NCBI GenBank assembly: GCA_019058445.1
Contig: JAHPZA010000010.1
Location: 480,001 to 544,000, forward strand
Length of the DNA: 64,000 bases
Source of the DNA: Promethearchaeota archaeon
GTDB lineage: Archaea > Asgardarchaeota > Lokiarchaeia > Sigyniarchaeales > SOKP01
Direction: 5' to 3'
Made by a program: the position numbers and the translations under genes. The notes under the pieces were generated by a model. The model was not told the DNA's origin, did no database searches, and saw only the letters and a program-made list of their open reading frames with translations. Below are positions 48,715-58,960 of the stretch, in pieces. How positions within the stretch are numbered: position 1 is the first letter of the stretch; each line of letters opens with the position of its first letter.

Positions 48715-49125
48715 TTACCAAAATGCTTTTTGAAACTTCTTTAAAGTGTCTTCTAAACTATCTTCAATATCTTCATTAAAGTTAGCAAAAACGTTTACGT
48801 CAGAATCCCAAGATTCTAAAATAGTTGAATATTTATTAAAAAACTTTTCTGCTATGATCTTGAGTTCTTCTTGCACTCTTTTCTCTTTAACCTTTTTCCC
48901 TGAGTTTGCGACAAATAAATAACCCTTATCTTTATAAATTGTAAATCTTATAGAACTCAGTTCAAAATTAGAAAGTCCTCCTTTAGCTAGTTCAGTTGCG
49001 AATGAATTTAAAGCAGTCATTAGTGCGCCAAAAAGCTGTTCATTTACCTTAGGATTAAACACCCTGCTAAATACTACTATCCCACTTTCGTTAAGAATCC
49101 ATATATCTTGAAGGACTTTTACCAA
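48715..49125 (-). CDS. Longin/roadblock-like small domain protein
   Basis: WILNESGIVVFSR, QLFGALMTALNSFA.E, EL..IA..F...Y..W..DV..F..F pattern. Confidence 0.72.
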   Translation of the reverse strand: MVKVLQDIWILNESGIVVFSRVFNPKVNEQLFGALMTALNSFATELAKGGLSNFELSSIRFTIYKDKGYLFVANSGKKVKEKRVQEELKIIAEKFFNKYSTILESWDSDVNVFANFNEDIEDSLEDTLKKFQKAFW

Positions 49126-49291
49126 CTGTATCCCCGCACTTAATTGAGCATTTTATTTATTTTAAAGTTATAAGATGATAGAAATAAAACATTTATATAA
49201 ATTTTCTTTTATGATTATAAATGATAATTAGACACTTAAAATAAGAACAAAGCTCATTTTTCATGGAATTGTTTAGGATATACAGATGAAA

Positions 49292-50608
49292 CTAAGTCAA
49301 TTTTGTGATAGTAATATTATCAATTAAGTAAAGGGGTCCAAAATCGTTAGGCATCCCCCAGGATTCTAAAGAGATAGTCATTTTTGCAATTTCTTTCTTT
49401 ACGTCAACGAGAATAAAATGATAAGCTTCTTCTTTTTCTGCTATAAAATCATAATTATAAACAGAATATAAAGGGGCCCCAGCACCACCTGTGACTATAT
49501 AGATTGAATCATTTAAGTTTGTATAATTATATTGTTCTGAATTATCATAATCATCTAACTTACTAGAATTAATCATAGGATAACTGCGCTCATAGTGATG
49601 ATTATGTCCACATAAAATAAGAGAAACATTATATTTATCAAAGAGCGGCTTCCAATGTTCTTGATGGTAGTCAGAAGATCTACTCGTGTGCAATAAGGGA
49701 TGATGCAAAAACACAAAATTGAAAGTATTTTCTTGAGATAGCTGAATTAGGGTTTGGTTTAGCCAATTTGTTTGATCATCATCGCCTACAGTATAATCAT
49801 TTGAATTAAGAATAATAAAACCTACTCCTCCATAATTAAAGTAGTAATAACGTTCAGTGTCAGTGCCATACATAAGTAGATTATTATACATCTTAGTAGA
49901 CAAGCCACCTTCATGATTACCCTCAACGTATACTCCTTGTTTATAAGCAGTTAAAGCTTCTGTATCATCAAAATATTCATTCCATTCATTTTGTTCTGTG
50001 CCTATTTCTACTATATCTCCCGTATGAACAATGAACTCGAAATTATTTCTAAATGATGCCATTATTTTTTCTACTAAAGTTCTTCGTTCAAGCCTCTGTG
50101 TTCTACTATCTCCATAAACTAAGAAGGATATATTTGATATGTCTCTATTTGCTAATGTAGTAAAGTTCATGATTTCTCGTTTAGTAATATTGTCTGAACG
50201 CACTTGATAATGATAAGTAGTATTGGGCGATAAATTAACAAGTTCAGCATAATAAATATAAGTGGAACTTGTGAGTTGCGTAGAGTTTGGTGTGATTTCT
50301 GTAGCTGAAGACAAATCTGCACTCATAGAATATGATAATTTTGGTTCTGTTGCGTTTTTTTCCGTATACCAAGAAATTACAATCGAATCATTATAGTTAT
50401 AAATAAAAGTTAACCTTATTCCTTTTGGTGTAAGCGTTAAGGGTGATAAAATTATTGAGTCTGAATCATCATCATTACTAGAATTAGATTTTGAATGTGT
50501 TTCATTTAAAATTGTTATATAATAAATTGTAGAAAAAATTAATAAAAAAGAGATAAATCCAATAGCGATTATTTTTTTTAATCTCGTAGGACTAACTGAA
50601 ACATTCAA
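49292..50608 (-). CDS. Purple acid phosphatase-like metallophosphoesterase with FN3 domain and N-terminal anchor
   Basis: L.P.T.Y.Y.V, GDS, HTGD, GNHE, HHP, GHNHHYER, GGAGA. Confidence 0.9.
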   Translation of the reverse strand: MNVSVSPTRLKKIIAIGFISFLLIFSTIYYITILNETHSKSNSSNDDDSDSIILSPLTLTPKGIRLTFIYNYNDSIVISWYTEKNATEPKLSYSMSADLSSATEITPNSTQLTSSTYIYYAELVNLSPNTTYHYQVRSDNITKREIMNFTTLANRDISNISFLVYGDSRTQRLERRTLVEKIMASFRNNFEFIVHTGDIVEIGTEQNEWNEYFDDTEALTAYKQGVYVEGNHEGGLSTKMYNNLLMYGTDTERYYYFNYGGVGFIILNSNDYTVGDDDQTNWLNQTLIQLSQENTFNFVFLHHPLLHTSRSSDYHQEHWKPLFDKYNVSLILCGHNHHYERSYPMINSSKLDDYDNSEQYNYTNLNDSIYIVTGGAGAPLYSVYNYDFIAEKEEAYHFILVDVKKEIAKMTISLESWGMPNDFGPLYLIDNITITKLT

Positions 50609-50754
50609 ATTTATCTATTCATACCAAACTTATCACTTCTTAAAAATTTATGCGCTAATTTTTTTAACCACGAAATAGAATAAATTTATTTTCAATTATA
50701 TATTAGCCTCTACTTTAAGGTTGAAAAAAAAATAAGAAGTTTAATCACAAATTT

Positions 50755-51501
50755 TCACTCTTCGGTTGCTTTAGGGCGAATATACCCAAGGTAAGCTCCT
50801 AAGAATCCAATAACAACGAAACTCCATGCTAAATAATAGAATATTGTAAAACCTTGACTTCCCATGATAATTGTTATACGGTCGATTAAAACGAATATAA
50901 ATGTTAAAATGAAGCTAAGATTCATAATTGCCAATGATAGAAATGCCCTTTTATACATAGGATCGTTAACAGTCTTATAAGCACTTATTAATCTAATAGT
51001 GAAGGAAATGTAAATTACACCCATAAATATTAAAATATTTAAAAAATTAATCGCATCCAATAATGTGTTCCCACGTTCATAGATAAAAATTGTAAAGAAT
51101 ATAACATAGCTTCCAAATACAAAAACTAGGATTCTTTGATTTTTGTTATAATCTTTCTCAAAGACCCCTACTTTTAAGAAGTAGGAGTAGATTACAGAGA
51201 TGGTTACGAATAAAATAGTAATTCTAAAGTCTACAATCCTAAAAAGAAACCAATTTAAAGGTGTATTTGGGAATTTAACATTAGGTTGATTATACACATA
51301 ATCAATATCAGTAGTGAGTACAATTATTTTTGAAATCCAAGCGAATACTATTGCGATTACCATGCTAATAAAGATTATAAATAAGTATAATGTGAGTTGA
51401 TGTCTCTTAATCAAATACTTTCTAAGTATTAACCATGAAATAATAGCTCCAATTATTGAAACTATCATTTCAAAAATCATTCCTACAAAAACGGGGTTCA
51501 T
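50755..51501 (-). CDS. Seven-TM membrane protein
   Basis: About seven hydrophobic segments ending YLGYIRP. Confidence 0.78.
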   Translation of the reverse strand: MNPVFVGMIFEMIVSIIGAIISWLILRKYLIKRHQLTLYLFIIFISMVIAIVFAWISKIIVLTTDIDYVYNQPNVKFPNTPLNWFLFRIVDFRITILFVTISVIYSYFLKVGVFEKDYNKNQRILVFVFGSYVIFFTIFIYERGNTLLDAINFLNILIFMGVIYISFTIRLISAYKTVNDPMYKRAFLSLAIMNLSFILTFIFVLIDRITIIMGSQGFTIFYYLAWSFVVIGFLGAYLGYIRPKATEE

Positions 51502-51616
51502 AGATTGACTATAATAGATTTTTTATTTAAAATTTTTTATTTTTCTTTATGTGCTTCGTATTTCAATTTGATATTTTAAAAAAATATTTAAGTTTAAAAG
51601 GAGAATAAATGTTATT

Positions 51617-52465
51617 ATGAAGTTAGATTATGATGAAAAGTTCATAATTGTAATAACGCTTTTTTTTGCGCCCGTCGTAGTTATTTCAACAATAGTACAT
51701 CATTTGTTTCCGGAGGTTTTAGGAGTTCCAAATGTTCTCGGACCATACTTTATTGAACCGATATGGGTAGACTTAGTGATAGAGGATTTAATTACCGCAA
51801 TTTTGGCAGCTATAGTAGTATATCACGGAATTAAAACGCAAGGGAAATACAAAACTATGTGCTTTCTTTATGGAGCGATTATATTTGCTGGTCTTGAAGA
51901 AATACAATGGATATTGCTAGGCAGATTCAATCTTACACCAACTGAGACATACTTTTTTACGAGAGGAGGATTATGGTTTGTTGCAATTCCTATTTATACT
52001 TGCTTGAGCTGGTTTATACTTGCCTGGTGCTGTAATTACGTATCGGAAGTGATTTTTCCGAACAAGAACTATATGTTTCACGCTTTTATTGCAGGAATTA
52101 TAGCAGTTTCCCTCGATCTCTGGATAGATCCTGTAATGGTTAATCTTGGTTCTGCTTCAATATATTCCAATTCCGCTGGAATGTGGGTGTGGTCAGGAGA
52201 TCCAAAAGATACATTTTCTGTCTTTTCAATACCATTCTTCAATTTTGTAGGCTGGTTCTTAGTAATAATGTTATTTTTAATTCTTTATGGTTATGCCTTA
52301 AATGATAAAAAGATTGAAATACAGGGCAAAACAAAATCCGCTCTCATTTTCTTCGGATTGATCCCAGTGTTCATAGCAATCACTACTAGTATTCTTTATT
52401 TGGCAAGTGCATTTACTCCTCCTTTTTTAATCGGAGTTGATGTAATCCCTATTAAATTATTGTGA
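51617..52465 (+). CDS. CruF/DUF422-like (carotenoid hydratase family) membrane protein
   Basis: EE..., IP.....W, DLWIDP, W.W, IP..NFVGW. Confidence 0.75.
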   Translation: MKLDYDEKFIIVITLFFAPVVVISTIVHHLFPEVLGVPNVLGPYFIEPIWVDLVIEDLITAILAAIVVYHGIKTQGKYKTMCFLYGAIIFAGLEEIQWILLGRFNLTPTETYFFTRGGLWFVAIPIYTCLSWFILAWCCNYVSEVIFPNKNYMFHAFIAGIIAVSLDLWIDPVMVNLGSASIYSNSAGMWVWSGDPKDTFSVFSIPFFNFVGWFLVIMLFLILYGYALNDKKIEIQGKTKSALIFFGLIPVFIAITTSILYLASAFTPPFLIGVDVIPIKLL

Positions 52466-52478
52466 AAAGGAGATAATA

Positions 52479-52670
52479 ATGAAAAAAAATGAAAAATATA
52501 TTCCTATCGTTATTTTAATCATATTTTATTTAAACGTGTTAAGAAGCGCAGTTGATGTAGCAATCGCCCAAAACAACATTTCCTTCATTATTTTAGGAAT
52601 TACTGCTCCAATACCGTTCCTTATTGCCATATTCATTGCTTTCATAAAGCTCATTAAAAAAGAGAATTAA
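52479..52670 (+). CDS. Small two-TM protein
   Basis: GGAGA SD; 13 bp after the CruF-like gene; hydrophobic. Confidence 0.7.
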   Translation: MKKNEKYIPIVILIIFYLNVLRSAVDVAIAQNNISFIILGITAPIPFLIAIFIAFIKLIKKEN

Positions 52671-52790
52671 TAATGAATCTTATATTTAAAATAATTAAGT
52701 TTTTTATTATTGAACCGTGAAGAGATTGACTTGGAAAAATCAAAACACCATTTGAATTAAAAAGAGATTAGAGATCAAAGATAAAAAAAA

Positions 52791-53231
52791 TTATTTTAAA
52801 TCATAATCCGTGAGATTACTAAGTATTCTAGATAAATATTCTTCAAAAATATCTATTTCAATATTTGAGAACCCTTTGTAGAAGATACCGTTCATTTTTT
52901 GAGAGATTTTAACAAAATTATCAGATAAATTCCTATTTTTCTCAGTAAGTTCAATTAAGATTTTCCGTCTATCTGTTTTTGAATGCACACGTTTAATATA
53001 GTTCATGTTTTCAAGTCTATCAAGCATTGATGTCAAAGTAGATTTACTTAAGGAAGTTTTTTTTGCTAATTCTTTAATTGCAAGCCTTTTATTTTGCCAA
53101 AGAACAAATAAAATTCTCCCTTGAGCAGAATTAATTTCAATTTGATAATCTTTCAATATTTTATTAAAAATGCGACCTCCAAGTTGATGAATTTTAGCGA
53201 TTAAGAATCCACCTGAACGTATTTCCTTCAA
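52791..53231 (-). CDS. MarR family transcriptional regulator
   Basis: Q..ILF.LW, ELA..T.L.KSTLTSMLDRLE..YI.R....DRR...I.LT. Confidence 0.93.
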   Translation of the reverse strand: MKEIRSGGFLIAKIHQLGGRIFNKILKDYQIEINSAQGRILFVLWQNKRLAIKELAKKTSLSKSTLTSMLDRLENMNYIKRVHSKTDRRKILIELTEKNRNLSDNFVKISQKMNGIFYKGFSNIEIDIFEEYLSRILSNLTDYDLK

Positions 53232-53425
53232 TTTTTATCCCTTACCTCAATTATATATGTTTGTAATCTATAAAATGCCTTAATATAGTTTGAGATCAAC
53301 TGAATTAAAGTGAAATCCGGATCTTCTATACCTTTTGAATAATAGATTTTCATACGCTTTTCCCATATTTTTTTCTTAATTTCGAGGTTACTTTCAATTT
53401 CAGCGTATCCTCGCTTTGGTTCTTG
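53228..53425 (-). pseudogene. 5'-truncated pyridoxamine-5'-phosphate-oxidase-like (FMN split barrel) gene remnant
   Basis: Frame reads GYAEIESNLEIKKKIWEKRMKIYYSKGIEDPDFTLIQLISNYIKAFYRLQTYIIEVRDKN-stop, with TGA overlapping the marR TTG. An in-frame stop lies five codons upstream of GYAE, with no start codon in between. Confidence 0.7.
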
Positions 53426-53499
53426 TCATTAAATCAAGCGTGAATTTTCTTAATTCTTAATAATTCATTTTTATCACTCAAAATAGCTTAATGGCAAGT

Positions 53500-53967
53500 C
53501 TAATTACTAATGTCATAATACTCTCTCTCTGCTTTCTGTTCATTTATAAAAAGGAACTCTCTCAATGGTTTTTTGTCGATGTTTTTCCATAAAGTAATTA
53601 ACCTTGGCTCAATTGTAATTACTACAGAATTTTCGAGATGCGAGTATAACTGAAATGAGTAAGGATGGTCTTTTTTATATAATTCTATAAATTGCTTATT
53701 TGATTCATCAAGGGGATGTTTACCTAATTTAGCAATTCCTTCAATTTGAACATTTTTAGCACATAAGGCTACATTTGGATTTATCATTATTTGTTTGTAT
53801 TTACCAGACCTTTTATCAGTTTCAAACATCATTTTTAACCCGATATTAACACAATCCATTGATCTTGCCGAAACTATATTATTAGCAGACGTTGCTAATA
53901 CAAAATTCTTATTCTTCTTAAAAAAATTTAAAATTTCCATTTTTAATTCATTATATTCAATATTCAT
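53500..53967 (-). CDS. Pyridoxamine 5'-phosphate oxidase family protein
   Basis: VLATS....SAR, F.TD..S.K..QI..NP.VAL, QIEG.A. Confidence 0.85.
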   Translation of the reverse strand: MNIEYNELKMEILNFFKKNKNFVLATSANNIVSARSMDCVNIGLKMMFETDKRSGKYKQIMINPNVALCAKNVQIEGIAKLGKHPLDESNKQFIELYKKDHPYSFQLYSHLENSVVITIEPRLITLWKNIDKKPLREFLFINEQKAEREYYDISN

Positions 53968-54007
53968 ATTAATTTCACTATTGTTTTTTATATTTTAATA
54001 AATTGTT

Positions 54008-54032
54008 CTATATAGGATAGTACTATATAGTA
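54008..54032. promoter_or_regulatory. Tandem CTATATAG palindromes, candidate MarR operator
   Basis: CTATATAG at 54008-54015 and TACTATATAGTA at 54021-54032, upstream of the PNPOx-marR unit. Confidence 0.35.
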
Positions 54033-54243
54033 TAAAAATTTTCATATTTTCATTTTTTTTCGATGTACTAAAGAACATTAATGATGTAGCTAATGTTGAA
54101 AAAACATTTCCTACATTATTATAAAAAAATCAGCTCTAATACATTTCCTTTTTGCCATCATTAGAGTTATAATAAAGCTTTTTAAAAAAAGAATTAATAT
54201 TGAATCTAATATTTATAGTAATTACTTCTTTTATTTAGGATCC

Positions 54244-55155
54244 GTGAAAATATTGATTTGGAAAACAAAATTAACAGAGATGATGGGAACGAAGTACCCC
54301 ATAATCATGGGTGCTTTCGCTATTATTGGAAAAGCAGAATTTGCTGCTGCATTTTCCAATGCGGGAGGATTTGGAATTGTAACTGCAATAAATTTTCGTA
54401 CAAACGAAGAATTCCAAAGCGAACTTGAAAAAATGAATACTCTAACAGATAAACCATGGGGAGTAAACTTTTCCGTTATGCCACCTTATGTTGTTAAAGA
54501 TAAACAAAAAGGCAGTTGGGTAAGAGATGAAGATTCTTATTTAGAATTTGTCGATATCGCCATAGATGCTGGGGTAAAAGTTTGTACTACATCAGCTTAT
54601 CAGGCCCCGAAAATCGGAAAAAAATTGCATGACGCGGGGTGCTATTGGTTTCATAAATGTGCTACAATGAAACATGCAATCTCAGCAGAAAGTTTAGGAG
54701 TTGATGCTGCTACTATCGTGGGGCTTGAAGGCACGGGTTTTAAAAATCCAAATCAAAATACTACCCTCGTGAATGTTACAATGGCAAAAAAGTTGCTTAA
54801 GATTCCAATAATAGCAGCAGGAGGGATTGGAGATGCCAGAGGATTTCTTGCAGCGCTTGCCATGGGTGCAGACGCAGTTTGTTTTGGAACTGCAATCATG
54901 ACTACAAAAGAAAGCCTTGCGTCAAATATATGGAAAAAAAGGATTATAAATCAAGATATATTCGATAAAGATTATTATAAAAAAATATATCATTTACAAT
55001 TAAGAGATTCACCAGTACATTCTATGGCGGCAGGACACTGCGACGAGATTCTCTCTATGAAAGAATTTATAGAAGAGAAGATCATAAAAAAGGCAGAGGA
55101 TATATTAAGATCTTGGGGTTTTGGCAGTAATGAAGTGAATACCACTTCCGTATAG
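54244..55155 (+). CDS. Nitronate monooxygenase / FabK-like flavoprotein
   Basis: KYPII.G, AAA.SNAGG.G, TDKP.GVN, G.EG.G, PIIAAGGIGD.RG..AALAMGAD.V..GT. Confidence 0.9.
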   Translation: MKILIWKTKLTEMMGTKYPIIMGAFAIIGKAEFAAAFSNAGGFGIVTAINFRTNEEFQSELEKMNTLTDKPWGVNFSVMPPYVVKDKQKGSWVRDEDSYLEFVDIAIDAGVKVCTTSAYQAPKIGKKLHDAGCYWFHKCATMKHAISAESLGVDAATIVGLEGTGFKNPNQNTTLVNVTMAKKLLKIPIIAAGGIGDARGFLAALAMGADAVCFGTAIMTTKESLASNIWKKRIINQDIFDKDYYKKIYHLQLRDSPVHSMAAGHCDEILSMKEFIEEKIIKKAEDILRSWGFGSNEVNTTSV

Positions 55156-55220
55156 TGAAGTATTCTTATAAATTATAAGAAATAAAATTATTAACTTATA
55201 TGTCCACTTAATCTCTAGAA

Positions 55221-55310
55221 AGCCCCACCCCCTATTGGTGGGAAAAAGTGGGGAAAAATAAGTTTGTTACGACCACTACAACAAAGTAAAAGTAAAAAGT
55301 TTTTAAATAT
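55221..55310 (+). promoter_or_regulatory. GC-rich inverted repeat and BRE/TATA-like element upstream of tfb
   Basis: CCCACC-7nt-GGTGGG at about 55224-55242, a further GTGGGG, then AAAAAGTTTTTAAATA at about 55294-55309. Confidence 0.4.
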
Positions 55311-55440
55311 TGGCGTGGTATATATTAGCATTAGATAACAAAACTATTAAAATAGTAAAAATAGTTTTTAAAAAAAAATAAAAACTGACTAAAAACAACA
55401 AGAAAAAGTACCAACTTGATCAATAGAGGAATGTAAGAAA

Positions 55441-56361
55441 ATGGCAAATAATTATAGAGATCGATTGCGCTCTAGTCGCGATACACCAACCACCGCAGAT
55501 TCATGCTGTGATAATCCATGCATTGAATCTCGAGAAGGTGACAACGTTTGTCTTAATTGTGGAATGATCATCGGCCGAAATCTCGTCGGAAACGAGAGAA
55601 GGGCCTATACTGTCGAGGAAGTTAATAAAAGGAGACGCACGGAACCTCGATGGAGAGAATTCGGACCCCGAACAATGCTACCTAATAGTAAAATAGATTC
55701 AAAAGGAAGGCTCATCGGGGCCAAGGGGAAAACCCTTTTTAGTCGTCTATCTAAAATTCAAAACTCACTTATCTCTTCAATTGAAAGAAATTTTTGGGAA
55801 GCAAAACCTAAGCTTAAGATGCTCACTAGCAAAATGAATATTCCTGAGTATATTAAAGAAACGGCATGGAAGATATACTCAGTTGTGGCAAAAAAGAAGC
55901 TCACAATGGGCAGATCCATTGATGGATTTATTGCCGCTTCACTTTATGCTGCAATAAGAGTACACGAATTTCCACGCTTACTTGAGGAGGTATGTGATGC
56001 GTCTATGACTCCAAGACGCACTGTACACCGTTCCCTTGGAATGGTGGTAAAAGAAGTTTTACCAGAGTTAAATTTAAAATATAAACCAATTACCGCAGAG
56101 CAACTTGTCTTTAGATTTGGTAATGATTTAGGACTTCCAATGGAGGTTCAAAAGAAGGCAATTAACATGCTTGTTCAAGCATCCAAAAATGGCCTTTTAC
56201 GAACAGGAAAAGATCCTAAAGGATTAGCAGCTTCTGTAATTTACATGGCAGCTAAAGCAAGTAATTGTCGTAAAACTCAAGCTGAAGTTTCCGAAGTTGC
56301 AAAGGTGACAGAGGTCACTTTGAGAAGTAGGTCTAAGCAAATTAAGGGCAAATTAGTATAA
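55441..56361 (+). CDS. tfb: Transcription initiation factor IIB (TFB)
   Basis: Zn ribbon VCLNCG, two cyclin repeats (GRS.....AASLY.A.R...PR.L.E; GKDPKGLAAS.IY.A...TQ.EV..VA.VTEVTLR.R). Confidence 0.95.
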   Translation: MANNYRDRLRSSRDTPTTADSCCDNPCIESREGDNVCLNCGMIIGRNLVGNERRAYTVEEVNKRRRTEPRWREFGPRTMLPNSKIDSKGRLIGAKGKTLFSRLSKIQNSLISSIERNFWEAKPKLKMLTSKMNIPEYIKETAWKIYSVVAKKKLTMGRSIDGFIAASLYAAIRVHEFPRLLEEVCDASMTPRRTVHRSLGMVVKEVLPELNLKYKPITAEQLVFRFGNDLGLPMEVQKKAINMLVQASKNGLLRTGKDPKGLAASVIYMAAKASNCRKTQAEVSEVAKVTEVTLRSRSKQIKGKLV

Positions 56362-56459
56362 AATTGGAGTCGTTACAAATAGATAAAAAGGAAATTGGCA
56401 AGTTTCTTTTTATTTGTTTATTATTCTTTTTTTTTAATTTTTTACAGCGTCAAAAGAGT

Positions 56460-56825
56460 TTATTTTTTAAGTTTATAATAGTCTAAGACTTTTAAAGCGA
56501 ATCGGCTGGCAACTGTTGCAGGTCCGCCACCCATTTCGATACCTACTTCAATTGTTTCGATAATTTCTTCAAAGCTTGCACCTGATTTTAAAGCCTCATT
56601 AGTATGCCATTCCATGCAAGATTCACAATTTTTAACTATCCCGATTCCTAATGCTATTAATTCTTTATATTTTTTTGGAAGTTCTCCATCAGAAAATGTA
56701 TTCTGCTCTAAATCAACAAAAGTGCGATAAACTTTTGAATTTTTTTGAAAGAAATCATGAGCATACTTTCTTTCCTTGATAATACTCTCAATTTTTTCAA
56801 AATCTTTATTAACCATAATTTGCAC
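56460..56825 (-). CDS. Carboxymuconolactone decarboxylase / AhpD-like protein
   Basis: KYKELIALGI....CESCMEWH...A...GAS.EEI.E.....MGGGP. Confidence 0.9.
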   Translation of the reverse strand: MQIMVNKDFEKIESIIKERKYAHDFFQKNSKVYRTFVDLEQNTFSDGELPKKYKELIALGIGIVKNCESCMEWHTNEALKSGASFEEIIETIEVGIEMGGGPATVASRFALKVLDYYKLKK

Positions 56826-56902
56826 AAATTTTCAATTCTAAAAAATAAAATAAATTAGAAATTCAAATCTTTGATTTTTTTTAAAATCTATTTTTTTTCT
56901 AT

Positions 56903-57319
56903 CTAGGCTTTACAAAGATCACAATTTCTATACACATCAATACGCTGACTTATTGGCTCAAAATCAAATTCATTTTTTAATTTTGACCAGAATTTAACCA
57001 CATTATCAGAATGATAATCTTCAATCTTTCCACAAATCGGACAAATTAGATTTACATGAGGTGTTTTATTAGTTTCAAACCTTGAACTTTGATTGCCAAA
57101 TTTCAATTCCGTAATTTGTCCTATATCTTGAAGTAAGTGGAGTACTTGATAAACAGTTGATAAGCTTATACTTGGAAACTTTTTACTAATTTCATTATAT
57201 ATTTGTTCGGCAGTTGGATGTTCGATGCTTGATAAAATTATTTCAAAAATCGCTAATCTTTGTGGAGTTGCCTTATAACCATTTTTTCTTAAAACCTTAG
57301 CAAGTTCCTTTCTATTCAC
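56903..57319 (-). CDS. Fur/PerR family regulator
   Basis: TPQR..I, HPTAEQIY, SLSTVY, H..L.CPICG, C-terminal CDLC. Confidence 0.93.
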   Translation of the reverse strand: MNRKELAKVLRKNGYKATPQRLAIFEIILSSIEHPTAEQIYNEISKKFPSISLSTVYQVLHLLQDIGQITELKFGNQSSRFETNKTPHVNLICPICGKIEDYHSDNVVKFWSKLKNEFDFEPISQRIDVYRNCDLCKA

Positions 57320-57321
57320 AC

Positions 57322-57345
57322 ATAAATTATAGTTTTATAATTTAT
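57322..57345. promoter_or_regulatory. AT-rich palindrome, candidate Fur/PerR operator
   Basis: ATAAATTATA-GTTT-TATAATTTAT between divergent fur/perR and prx; a second palindrome GTAAA-TAG-TTTAC at about 57416-57428. Confidence 0.4.
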
Positions 57346-57454
57346 AAAATTAGTTTTTAAATAATATAGATTTTTAGTTAGTAATAGTTATTAATTAAAA
57401 TTAATCTAATCAAAAGTAAATAGTTTACAAATAAAAGAACGAAAATTAAAAAGA

Positions 57455-58129
57455 GTGATAAAAGATATGAGTGGTGAAGAAACAGTAGGTATACCTCTTA
57501 TAGGAGATAAATTTCCGAAAATGGAAGTTACTACTACATTCGGGCCAATAACTCTGCCTGATGACGCTATTAAAGGCGGAAATTGGTTTGTGTTATTTAG
57601 CCATCCAGCTGATTTTACGCCTGTATGTACTACTGAATTTCATGCTTTTGCAGTAAGAAATAACCAATTTCAAGAGCTCAATACTAGATTAATCGGACTT
57701 TCAATTGATCAAGTCTTTTCTCATATTAAATGGACTGAATGGATAAAGGATAATTTGGATACGGAAATACCATTTCCAATTATCGCAGATCATGGCGCTG
57801 TAGGCAAAAGACTTGGGATGATCCACCCGGAAAAAGGGTCTAATACAGTAAGAGCTGTATTTATTGTAGATTCGAATGGAATTATCAGATTAATTATTTA
57901 TTATCCTCAAGAAATCGGCAGAAATATGGACGAGATCGTAAGAGCTGTGAAAGCTTTACAATTAGCAGATAAGGAAAAAGTAGCGATCCCCGCTAATTGG
58001 CCTAATAATGAATTAATCGGAGATCATGTAATAATACCTCCTGCTAAGGATGTAAAAACTGCGCAAGAGAGGCTTAAATCAAAGGAATTTGAATGTTATG
58101 ATTGGTGGCTCTGCCATAAAAAATTATAA
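57455..58129 (+). CDS. Peroxiredoxin (archaeal Prx6-type)
   Basis: [27 protein letters not shown]-terminal CYDWWLC. Confidence 0.96.
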   Translation: MIKDMSGEETVGIPLIGDKFPKMEVTTTFGPITLPDDAIKGGNWFVLFSHPADFTPVCTTEFHAFAVRNNQFQELNTRLIGLSIDQVFSHIKWTEWIKDNLDTEIPFPIIADHGAVGKRLGMIHPEKGSNTVRAVFIVDSNGIIRLIIYYPQEIGRNMDEIVRAVKALQLADKEKVAIPANWPNNELIGDHVIIPPAKDVKTAQERLKSKEFECYDWWLCHKKL

Positions 58130-58157
58130 TTAATTTACTTTATAACTTTTTTTTTAT

Positions 58158-58943
58158 TTGATTAATGTTATAAAGGACTGTATTCATTCTATTTATAGGA
58201 TGAGTTACATTGAGAATAAATATCATCAAAAAATTCACGAGATTTTTAAAGAATTACCTGAAAAAGAAGGAGATCTCCTTGAACTTTTAAATAAGAAGTC
58301 TTTAACAATTTCAGATGATATTGCGAAGTTGTGCGCCCACTTTAATAAAAATATTAATCAAATCCTTAAAAAATTTTATCCAGAAATAAAAAATATGGAT
58401 GATAAGTTGGATATTAAGTCCACCTTAAAATTTTATTATGATTTAATTGATAAACTAACTGATTTCATACGAATAATAGAAAATTTTCAAAAGATTGATG
58501 ATAATTATTATGAGGCACTTATAGATTTTATAGAGGATAAAGAAAATTTAATTTCAGGAAAATATAGGCAAATTTGTAGACGAGAGTTAACTGCGTTTTA
58601 TGATAAACGTTCACGAGACCATTTAGAAAAGATTATAGCTGCTAAATTCGAGAGAAGGAGTAGGCAATTCTTCACTATGGGTCCTTTAGAAGAAGAGATA
58701 AAAAAAATCGCAAAAACTGCTGGCGCTGATGAGGTATATATTGATCTCGCAAAAAATTTTGATAAATCTGATTCATTTGAGTCAGCTCAATCTGTTATAA
58801 AATTTGCTACTTCCCCTGAAGATCAAAACAGACTAAATAGAGTGGGAGAGGAATTAAGAAAGTATTTAGAATCTAAAAAATATAAAGTAGAAGTAAAATC
58901 CAGTTTAGTGATAACCGATGCAAAACTCCTTCCAGATAATTGA
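58158..58943 (+). CDS. Hypothetical helical protein
   Basis: 261-aa ORF; no recognised motif. Confidence 0.72.
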   Translation: MINVIKDCIHSIYRMSYIENKYHQKIHEIFKELPEKEGDLLELLNKKSLTISDDIAKLCAHFNKNINQILKKFYPEIKNMDDKLDIKSTLKFYYDLIDKLTDFIRIIENFQKIDDNYYEALIDFIEDKENLISGKYRQICRRELTAFYDKRSRDHLEKIIAAKFERRSRQFFTMGPLEEEIKKIAKTAGADEVYIDLAKNFDKSDSFESAQSVIKFATSPEDQNRLNRVGEELRKYLESKKYKVEVKSSLVITDAKLLPDN

Positions 58944-58960
58944 TACTGTAACTTGATTTT

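Noticed and set aside
54079-54120. Hairpin AATGATGTAG..AATGTT/AACATT..CTACATTATT
   Set aside because: AT-rich, imperfect and single copy; cannot be distinguished from chance or a simple terminator.
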